This document shows positions 37,217 through 44,704 of a stretch of 64,000 nucleotides of DNA, one piece after another. Numbering within the stretch: position 1 is the first letter of the stretch; the number at the start of each line of letters is the position of its first letter. The position numbers and the translations under genes are program-made. The stretch comes from an uncultured Gammaproteobacteria bacterium. Its GTDB lineage: Bacteria > Patescibacteriota > Patescibacteriia > UBA11705 > DATKZF01. The notes below the pieces were generated by a model, which made no database searches, had not been told where the DNA came from, and saw nothing but the letters and a program-made list of their open reading frames with translations. The stretch covers positions 162,141 to 226,140 of the forward strand of contig CAYPKD010000002.1 in NCBI GenBank assembly GCA_964411255.1. Reading direction: 5' to 3'.

Positions 37217-37522
37217 TTAATGAATTTTATCTGGCCAAAGATGATGGCCATTGACTACAATTTGACCTTCTTCCAGATTTAATTGCAGATAACCCCATTT
37301 TGGATGATTCCAGACTAATTTTCTTATCTTAATATTTTTACCGGTTTTTACTTCTTCATAATGTGAGCAAAAGAAAAATCCTGAGTCGCGTGATGCTAAA
37401 CTAAATAAGAATGTTAAAAAGTTTATTTTCATCCCGCAGTTTTCTTCCTTCTTGCATCCTTTACAAAGTATTTGTGCAAATTCTTCCTGCTCTTTTGTTC
37501 TTTTTCCCATTTTTTCCTCCAT
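37217..37522 (-). CDS. hypothetical Cys-rich small protein
   Basis: CKGCKKEENCG cluster. Driven by a consensus divergent promoter. Confidence 0.4.
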   Translation of the reverse strand: MEEKMGKRTKEQEEFAQILCKGCKKEENCGMKINFLTFLFSLASRDSGFFFCSHYEEVKTGKNIKIRKLVWNHPKWGYLQLNLEEGQIVVNGHHLWPDKIH

Positions 37523-37529
37523 TGATTCA

Positions 37530-37615
37530 ATTTATTATAATCTTTAATAAAAATTTTGTCAATTAATATAAATATGACAAGTTGACAAATTAATATATAA
37601 CTGATAAAATATAAT
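37530..37615. promoter_or_regulatory. divergent consensus promoters (both TTGACA-17-TATAAT-like) with TTGTCA/TGACAA inverted repeats
   Basis: Plus strand: TTGACA-aattaatatataactga-TAAAAT before the ATG at 37622. Minus strand: TTGACA-aaatttttattaaagat-TATAAT before the start at 37522. Confidence 0.5.
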
Positions 37616-37621
37616 GTTCAA

Positions 37622-39808
37622 ATGTACCTTGACACCAAGGAGGGTCAGATGACAAAAGACACCCAAAAAGTAGAAGAAATTATGCCTGGCTGCAAAGTTA
37701 TTCATACTTCAGCAGGCGAAATTATGGTGGGCTGTCCATCTGAAATTTTAAAGGTTTTTGCCAGACAAAACAGGCAAGTGCCTCAAGCAATTGTATTGCC
37801 AACTCATTTTTTTAGTTATGGAATTGTTCAGGCAGCACTTGAATTTGTGCTGTATAATTTTCTGTTTATTCAGGGAAGATTTTTCAAAGGTGAGAAGCTG
37901 ACTGTTTTTGGAACTGAAAAGCAAATTAATAGAATGACTGGACTTTTGCATCTGACTTTGAATGGGCCAAGTCGGTCAACGATGGAGAACTGGGGAATCC
38001 CTAAAGATCAAATTGATTTAGTAGAAAAGTTTTCAGATCATTTTCGTCTTAAGGATAAAAGCGGAAAGCCCTTGGCAATTTGCGAATTGATTAATTTTAG
38101 GAAGTTTAAATATGGTCATCCAGAGCTTCGGTTTGAACGGATTAATATTTCTATCAAAGATCAAAATGTTTTTAAGTTTGAGGATCAGTATACGGAAACT
38201 TTTGTTGATATAAATATTAAGGAAGCTCAAAGGCCGCAGATTCCTATCCCTGTACCACGCGAATTGCCTCCGCGAGCAGTGCTTGGAGCAACAGCTTTGA
38301 GTAAATGCACAACAGGTTTTGACCATACAGGATATACTTCTGGAGTTATTCTTTGGATCAATGGTATGGGTGTTTCTGTGGATGGCGTAGCCTGGATGAA
38401 AGAGCATTTGAGAAGCTTTGGCATAAATACAACTGAAATAAAAGCGCATATTGTCACTCATATACATGATGACCATAGCAATATTTTTGATTTAATTGTT
38501 AACGGAAAAGTTTTTAACCTGATTTCAGATAAATTGGGTTATCATTGTTTGGTTTCAAAAGCAGCTCTTCTCCTGGATATGCCCGAAGAGGAAATTAAGA
38601 AAATGATCCAGTTAATTGAGGTTATACCTGGCCAGCCGCTTCATTGGCATGGCGCAACTTTTGAATTTTGGCCAGTTGCTCATCCGATTCCAACAATGGG
38701 ATTTAGGGTAACGGTAGCTGGAAAATCAATCGTTTATTCAGCTGATACGATTTGGGGATCAAAGCTGAATAAATTATTCGATTCAGGCGTGATACCAAAG
38801 GATGTTTGTGAAAGAATTCAGGATGTGCCAATGCTGGGTTCAGAGCTGACATTCCATGACGCTGGCGGCGGAATGATTCACCCTGATTTGAAAGAATTGG
38901 CAGACCTGCCAGAACAGATTAGGCGCCACATCGTTCCAACACATATGGAACAAGTGCCTGACGAGCTGAGAGATAAGTTTGATCCGATCGAACCTGGTCA
39001 AAGCTGGGAATTGATCGGTCAAAGGACTTGGGATGTTAGTGATTTCATGAGAGTTTCACATGCGCCAATTCTTTCCAGTATTAGCGAAGAATGGATGCAT
39101 GTTGTGATTTCTCAGGGAAGAACCAAAGAGTATCCTGCCAACTATACTTTGCTTCAGGAAGGCAAGTTCGGTAAAAGCTTTTACCTTTTAATCGGCGGAA
39201 CTGTCAAAGTGTTATATAATAACGAGCGTGTGGCAACTCTCTCCACTGGAGATTTCTTTGGCGAAATTTCTTTAATGTACGATATTCCATGTACAGCTTC
39301 GATTGTGACAAAAAGTCCGATCAAAGTGCTTGAGCTGCCACAGGATATTTTTATGGAAATGGTTTCCTGTACGGGCTTGATGAAAAAGCTGGAGAAAATT
39401 CATCAGATTCGTCCTGTCCTGATTCAGTTGGCAACAATCAAGGATCTGCCTGCTCCGGTTCAGAATAGGCTTGTTGAAGCGACAAATCTTACACAGGTTA
39501 AAGCTGGTGAGGTGATTATCAAGCAGGGAGATGCTGGAGATCGGTTTTACGGAATCGTTTCTGGCAAAGCAGATGTTTTTTCCCAGGCTGATCCAAAATC
39601 ACCAAAGCGGCACATTGCTACATTGTATAGAAATCAGTGCTTTGGAGAAATGGCGCTGATAGGTAATGGAGTAAGAACAGCAGATGTTGTCGCTCAAACC
39701 GACATGGAACTGTTTTCCTTAACCAAAGAAGATTTTGTCAGAATTATTGGGCAGACTCCAATGTTCTTTTACGCAATAGGTATTTTGGCTCAAAGTAGAG
39801 CCAGATAA
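37622..39808 (+). CDS. metallo-beta-lactamase-fold protein fused to two cyclic-nucleotide-binding (CAP_ED) domains
   Basis: MBL motif HIVTHIHDDH (HxHxDH). Two cNMP-binding signatures FGEISLMYDIPCTASIVT and FGEMALIGNGVRTADVVA. N-terminal ~250 aa of unknown function. Confidence 0.65.
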   Translation: MYLDTKEGQMTKDTQKVEEIMPGCKVIHTSAGEIMVGCPSEILKVFARQNRQVPQAIVLPTHFFSYGIVQAALEFVLYNFLFIQGRFFKGEKLTVFGTEKQINRMTGLLHLTLNGPSRSTMENWGIPKDQIDLVEKFSDHFRLKDKSGKPLAICELINFRKFKYGHPELRFERINISIKDQNVFKFEDQYTETFVDINIKEAQRPQIPIPVPRELPPRAVLGATALSKCTTGFDHTGYTSGVILWINGMGVSVDGVAWMKEHLRSFGINTTEIKAHIVTHIHDDHSNIFDLIVNGKVFNLISDKLGYHCLVSKAALLLDMPEEEIKKMIQLIEVIPGQPLHWHGATFEFWPVAHPIPTMGFRVTVAGKSIVYSADTIWGSKLNKLFDSGVIPKDVCERIQDVPMLGSELTFHDAGGGMIHPDLKELADLPEQIRRHIVPTHMEQVPDELRDKFDPIEPGQSWELIGQRTWDVSDFMRVSHAPILSSISEEWMHVVISQGRTKEYPANYTLLQEGKFGKSFYLLIGGTVKVLYNNERVATLSTGDFFGEISLMYDIPCTASIVTKSPIKVLELPQDIFMEMVSCTGLMKKLEKIHQIRPVLIQLATIKDLPAPVQNRLVEATNLTQVKAGEVIIKQGDAGDRFYGIVSGKADVFSQADPKSPKRHIATLYRNQCFGEMALIGNGVRTADVVAQTDMELFSLTKEDFVRIIGQTPMFFYAIGILAQSRAR

Positions 39809-39811
39809 TAA

Positions 39812-39840
39812 AACTCAACAAAATGTGTTGAGTTTTTTTA
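39812..39840 (+). terminator. rho-independent terminator
   Basis: AACTCAACA-aaatg-TGTTGAGTT plus TTTTTT. Confidence 0.65.
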
Positions 39841-39842
39841 AT

Positions 39843-40934
39843 CTATGGCTTAACAATCATAGTACAAAGATAGCCGTCATGGACTTTATCAGTGCCAGGT
39901 GTAACTTTTAATTGAATATCTAGAATTTGATGAACCAGATCCATTACTGCAATATCACTGGCAGCATATGGACAATAGTCATCAGGCTGTCTGAGGTCTC
40001 CCAGATGAAGAAAAGCTCTTGAAGCGCAGCCTCCTCGGCATTGTTCTCCAAATCTGCAATCTTTACATAGATCTGGATATCTGTCTCGAATTTGGCTAAA
40101 GAGGACAGAAGTGTAAATTTCATCAAGTGTTTTTTCTGCAATTGATCCGGCAGCCCATTTTTCACCTTTTAAATAAACACATGGAGTAACACTGAGGTCA
40201 GTTTGAATCCGGCATGAAAGTCTGCCGCAAGAACAGCCAGCAACCGGATTTTTTTCAGCGTTGCCAAGGATATTGGCAATTAAGGGATCAGAAATTGATT
40301 CAAAAGTAATACCTTGTTCTGCTAGTAGCTTGATAATTTGCCAAAAGCGATAAGGAGTAAGCTGAAGTTTTGATTTACCACGGCCAGTTTTTCTAAACCA
40401 GTTTGTTCGCCAGGAAGCCTGATGCTTGTCAGCTAATTCTAAAAATTCCTTAATATCATCATCTGAAGTCTGACTGGTCACACAAGTAACGATTGATGCT
40501 TCAATCCCAAGCTCCTTGCAAATCTTTAAGCTTCTTTCCACCCAGTCCCAAGCGCGAGGATGCTGACGAAAGTCATTGTGCCGTTCAGGGTCTGGAAAAT
40601 CAATTGAAATATCAATATCATGGAAAATTCTCTTAACCTCAGCTGGATCCATCATTATTGCTGTTGCCCCATTGGTCGTAACTGCCTGCTTGACGTTGGG
40701 ATAATTTCGAGCAATATATCTGGCCAGCTCTACTGCATTTGGATTAAAAATAAATTCACCCGTTCCATAATTAATATCAGTGATTGTCGGGCAGATTTTG
40801 TCGGCAATAGCGGCCAGCTCGGTAAATGTGTGCTCTTCAGCGCGTGATGAACTGGCGCCATAACAATGTTTGCAGTGCATATTGCAAACGCCAAATCCCC
40901 AGCCTATGCTTTTTAGCGGGACAGGATTGCTCAT
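39843..40934 (-). CDS. radical SAM protein with C-terminal SPASM-type Cys-rich domain
   Basis: CNMHCKHC (CxxxCxxC) near the N-terminus. C-terminal CSCGRLSC...C...CKDCRFGEQCRGGC. Confidence 0.75.
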   Translation of the reverse strand: MSNPVPLKSIGWGFGVCNMHCKHCYGASSSRAEEHTFTELAAIADKICPTITDINYGTGEFIFNPNAVELARYIARNYPNVKQAVTTNGATAIMMDPAEVKRIFHDIDISIDFPDPERHNDFRQHPRAWDWVERSLKICKELGIEASIVTCVTSQTSDDDIKEFLELADKHQASWRTNWFRKTGRGKSKLQLTPYRFWQIIKLLAEQGITFESISDPLIANILGNAEKNPVAGCSCGRLSCRIQTDLSVTPCVYLKGEKWAAGSIAEKTLDEIYTSVLFSQIRDRYPDLCKDCRFGEQCRGGCASRAFLHLGDLRQPDDYCPYAASDIAVMDLVHQILDIQLKVTPGTDKVHDGYLCTMIVKP

Positions 40935-41016
40935 TGTTTTCCTCCTCTGTGAATGAACAAGTCAATAGTGAAGATATTTTATAAAATGGCCTCTGCTATT
41001 GCTTTGTTCTGGATTA

Positions 41017-42012
41017 TTATTTATATTTTTTAATTTGAAATTTTCTGCATGGGCAGACAAATTTGTAAGCTTTACTTTTTATCAAGTCATTGAAATTATA
41101 ATTAACACAGCCGGAGTATTTATAAAAAAGTTCCTGAATATGATTTTTAAAATATCTGTTTGAAATCTTTCTGCGGTTTGGCCAAAATGTTTTTAATGGC
41201 AAATATTTTAAATTTCCCAAAGGCTTATTATAGGTGGCCATGATAGAGCATGGGAATGCATCGCCATTTGGAAAAATTTGAAGAAAACTGATATTTTTTG
41301 CCAAGCAATCAACATTACACTCAATATGACTTTCTATGATTGGAGCTTCAAGCGTTATTTTGATTTTATCGTTATATTTCCCCAAATTATTTCTACAGAT
41401 CTGCAACCACTTTTTTGGATCAGCAACATGTTCTGTTTTATTTGCGCCCCGGCCGACAGGACTGAAAAAGCAAAATCGTATTTCATGAACCCCGAGGTCA
41501 ATTGCCTGCTTTACTACGTATTCAATGTCATAAAGATTATAGTCAAAAATAACTGTATTGATTTTTGTAAACAATCCTATCTTAACGCTGTTTTTTATTG
41601 TTTTGATTATTCGATGATAAACAGCGATTGTTTCTGGCCTGGTTTGCTTGAATGATTTATAATTTGGCCCGTCTAAACTGACTGATATTCCTTTTAAACC
41701 AGCCTGTTTTAATTTCCACAATTTTTCTTCAGTTAGCAAGCTGCCATTGGTTACGAGTTTGGTTCGCAGGTTTAACTTGTTTGCATAACTGATGATTTTA
41801 TCAATATCTTTATGAAGCATAGGCTCACCGCCAGTTAAATCTACTTTTATGCCTCCTAGGCTTTTAAAATCCTTTAGTATTTTTTTTGCCAAAGAAAGAT
41901 CCATGTCCTCGAGATTTGACTTTCCTGAATCAAAACCACAATGAATGCAATTAAAATTGCATCTGTTTGTAACATTTAAGTCGATTTGGATTTGATTTTC
42001 CATATAGGTCAT
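41017..42012 (-). CDS. radical SAM protein with C-terminal auxiliary Cys cluster
   Basis: RCNFNCIHCG (CxxxCxxC). C-terminal HIECNVDC...C...CVNY...CPC. Confidence 0.75.
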   Translation of the reverse strand: MTYMENQIQIDLNVTNRCNFNCIHCGFDSGKSNLEDMDLSLAKKILKDFKSLGGIKVDLTGGEPMLHKDIDKIISYANKLNLRTKLVTNGSLLTEEKLWKLKQAGLKGISVSLDGPNYKSFKQTRPETIAVYHRIIKTIKNSVKIGLFTKINTVIFDYNLYDIEYVVKQAIDLGVHEIRFCFFSPVGRGANKTEHVADPKKWLQICRNNLGKYNDKIKITLEAPIIESHIECNVDCLAKNISFLQIFPNGDAFPCSIMATYNKPLGNLKYLPLKTFWPNRRKISNRYFKNHIQELFYKYSGCVNYNFNDLIKSKAYKFVCPCRKFQIKKYK

Positions 42013-42111
42013 ACTATTTTAAGCTTAAAATGTAGATTTTGTCAAGCTTTGTTTTTTGATAAAAATTAGGAAATCTATTATAATTAAATCATGTTAATTA
42101 AATAAGAATTT

Positions 42112-42690
42112 ATGTTAAACAAAACTTTTTGGAATAAAATTAAAAAGGAACACGCAGAGTATGCCAGTGGCCGCTCAAATATAATCCATCATTCAAACAT
42201 TGCTTTAAGTAGTGCAAAAAAAGCAATATTTGCTTTGCATCGGGATAATGTAAAAGAGGCGGCGGCAAAGCTCAATGAGAGTAAAAAAGAATTAACAGAT
42301 TTAGAAAAGAAATTTGGGAAAAATTCAAGGTTTAGGTGTGAAGGCTCATGGAAGGCTGCAGCTGAAGAATTTGTTGAGGCAGCGCTTTATTTTGAATATA
42401 GAAAAACCGGCAAAGTAGGGGAGATTAAAGGAGTAAGCCTGCAGTTTGATGGGTACATCGGCGGTCTGTCTGATTTTTCTGGAGAACTGGTTCGCTGGGC
42501 TGTGCTTTTAGTAAACAAAGGTGATTATTCGAAAATGTTTGAAATTCAAAAAACAATAAATGAAGTTATCCAGATTTTGCTAGACACAAATTTAACTGGA
42601 CCTTTGCGACAAAAATTTGATCATGCAAAAAGAAATCAGCAGCGGATTGAACAGATGATATATGATCTTAAAATCAGGAAACTTATTTAG
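42112..42690 (+). CDS. translin-family protein (bacterial homolog)
   Basis: C-terminal half GELVRWAVLLVNKGDYSKMFEIQKTINEVIQILLDTNLTG...IYDLKIRK aligns by eye with eukaryotic translin GELSRLAVNSVTAGDYSRPLHISTFINELDSGFRLLNL...VYDLSIRG. Confidence 0.5.
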   Translation: MLNKTFWNKIKKEHAEYASGRSNIIHHSNIALSSAKKAIFALHRDNVKEAAAKLNESKKELTDLEKKFGKNSRFRCEGSWKAAAEEFVEAALYFEYRKTGKVGEIKGVSLQFDGYIGGLSDFSGELVRWAVLLVNKGDYSKMFEIQKTINEVIQILLDTNLTGPLRQKFDHAKRNQQRIEQMIYDLKIRKLI

Positions 42691-42760
42691 AGGGCATAAT
42701 AAGAGGCATCAGATGTGATGGAAGGGCTGGAAACTGGTATAACTCTACCACTGTCCTGTC

Positions 42761-42787
42761 CGTCATTCCCGCGGAGGCGGGAATCCA
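42761..42787. repeat. Conserved hairpin repeat copy 2 (CGTCATTCCCGCGGAGGCGGGAATCCA)
   Basis: Stem ATTCCCGC/GCGGGAAT. Relative to copy 1 both arms have changed (T to C and A to G) in a compensatory way. The flanks CTGYYCTG..CGTCATTCC and GGAATCCRYTTA are also conserved. Confidence 0.6.
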
Positions 42788-42801
42788 CTTAGTAGTCCTG
42801 A

Positions 42802-43176
42802 ATGAATAAAAGCAGTGATTATGACTTTATGAAACACTCCAACCGAGATGATTTTGAAAAAATACACGCAGAGCAGGCTCAGCCTGTTCAGGTAAAACAA
42901 AAAACCAGCATAGTATCAAGGCTAAAAGCTGGCTGTTGTTTGGTTTTAATTGCCGGACTAATCGCTGGCGGATTTTATTTATATAAATTTTATCAGGATG
43001 TAAAAGCCCAGATTGATATTGAAATAAATGAGAATAAGGAGCTTTATGATGAGACAAAGGATACGATTGACAAGGCAAATGAAAATTATAATGATATAAA
43101 TTCAGCAATTGATCATGGTAAGGATTTGATTGATGATGCAAAAGAAATTAAAGATAATATTGATGATTTAAAATAA
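42802..43176 (+). CDS. hypothetical membrane-anchored coiled-coil protein
   Basis: TM segment CCLVLIAGLIAGGFYL followed by a coiled-coil stretch. Confidence 0.45.
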   Translation: MNKSSDYDFMKHSNRDDFEKIHAEQAQPVQVKQKTSIVSRLKAGCCLVLIAGLIAGGFYLYKFYQDVKAQIDIEINENKELYDETKDTIDKANENYNDINSAIDHGKDLIDDAKEIKDNIDDLK

Positions 43177-43241
43177 ATTTTAATCTAGTTACCGTGGAAC
43201 TCCAGTTTCGCGGTTTGTTTTGGATTTAAAAAGAACGTTTG

Positions 43242-43604
43242 TTAAACGTTCTTATCATAGAAGGAAGAATCATTATTTTTGTTATTTGGAGTAATCATAC
43301 TTCGTCTAATTATATTTTGTCTTGTATGCCATTGGGCGCATATTATCCATAAGACAAAAGTAAGGCCGCCAAAACATGATCCTAGATATGAAAAAATTTC
43401 ATTTTTATCATCAAGATAATACAGTGTGACAAAAAGAATAGTCACAGCGCTTGCAATAACAGCAAGCAAGAGAATTACTCTTTTAAAGGATCGTATTTTT
43501 TGATAAAAAGCTCGAAGATCATAATATGTTTGTATATTATTAATTGGGTATGGGAGCTTCTTCATTATAATTCCCCTTGTTTGCGGTAAATTGTATTTTA
43601 TCAC
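43242..43604 (-). CDS. hypothetical membrane protein
   Basis: Two predicted TM segments. The start may be the internal Met (MKKLPYP). Confidence 0.4.
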   Translation of the reverse strand: MIKYNLPQTRGIIMKKLPYPINNIQTYYDLRAFYQKIRSFKRVILLLAVIASAVTILFVTLYYLDDKNEIFSYLGSCFGGLTFVLWIICAQWHTRQNIIRRSMITPNNKNNDSSFYDKNV

Positions 43605-43720
43605 TTTATTAAAGGTTTGTCAAGAACGAAAGTATGTTTATTAAGCACTCATTTATATTATTATATAACAAACTAAAGTTTGTCATTTCTGGCATGGTAT
43701 TTGTATTGACAATCTTTAGA

Positions 43721-44569
43721 TTATTTCATTAAGCGCTTACTGCCCAGAATATAATATTTTTTATTTATTTCAAAACCTAAATATTTCCGTTTTAATCGTT
43801 TGGCTACAACACAAGTGGTGCCAGAACCTAAGAATGGATCAAAAACTAAATCGTTTTCATTTGATGAAGCTAAAATAATTCGTTCAATTAATTTTTCAGG
43901 TTTTTGAGTCGGATGCTCAGTGTTTTCCGGCATTGACCAAAAAGGCACAGTTAAATCTGTCCAAATGTTTGACGGATGAGTCATGCGGAATTTCTGTCCA
44001 TCTTTTTCCACCCAATCTTTTGGCCTGCCAGAGGAATCTTTATAAGGAGCTATAACCTCCTTTTTTATTTTGACTTGATCTAAATTGAAAGTATAATCCT
44101 TGGATTTGGTGGCAAACCAGATGTCTTCCATATTATTTTTCCAATTTTTCTTTGAACCTCTGCCTTTTTCACGCTTCCAGGTAATTCTGTTTTGTGCTAC
44201 AAAATATTGTTCTAATAAATTTTGAATCATACCAGAATTTGGCCAATCAATGCAAATATAAATAGAGCCAGTCGGTTTTAATATTCTAAAACATTCCTTA
44301 ATCCAGGAATCATTCCAATTTTCAAATTCCCTTTTTGACAAATTTACAGTGCCATCGCCAAAGTTTTTTCGGTTATTATAAGGAGGATCAGTTAAAATTA
44401 GGTCAATTGAATCATCTGGAATGAGTTTTATTGATTTCAGACAGTCAGTTAGATAAATATTATTTTCAATCTCTGTGATATTTTTAATTTGTTTTGGGAA
44501 TTCTAAAAAAGTGAAATTTTTAATTTCCTCATCAGTAACGGTAATAGTTTTATTTCGATTTGATTTCAT
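43721..44569 (-). CDS. DNA methyltransferase, beta-class (DPPY; N6-adenine or N4-cytosine)
   Basis: Motif IV LILTDPPYN precedes motif I FDPFLGSGTT. No adjacent restriction endonuclease candidate. Confidence 0.75.
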   Translation of the reverse strand: MKSNRNKTITVTDEEIKNFTFLEFPKQIKNITEIENNIYLTDCLKSIKLIPDDSIDLILTDPPYNNRKNFGDGTVNLSKREFENWNDSWIKECFRILKPTGSIYICIDWPNSGMIQNLLEQYFVAQNRITWKREKGRGSKKNWKNNMEDIWFATKSKDYTFNLDQVKIKKEVIAPYKDSSGRPKDWVEKDGQKFRMTHPSNIWTDLTVPFWSMPENTEHPTQKPEKLIERIILASSNENDLVFDPFLGSGTTCVVAKRLKRKYLGFEINKKYYILGSKRLMK

Positions 44570-44704
44570 TAAAATTACAAATATGCGTGTATATAGAAAT
44601 ATTACAGATAATTACAAATAATTACAAATTTTTACTGTTGACTAAATTATAATTATTTGATAAATTACAAAGTTCATTGACAATGCTTTGAAAGGAGGCT
44701 GAAA

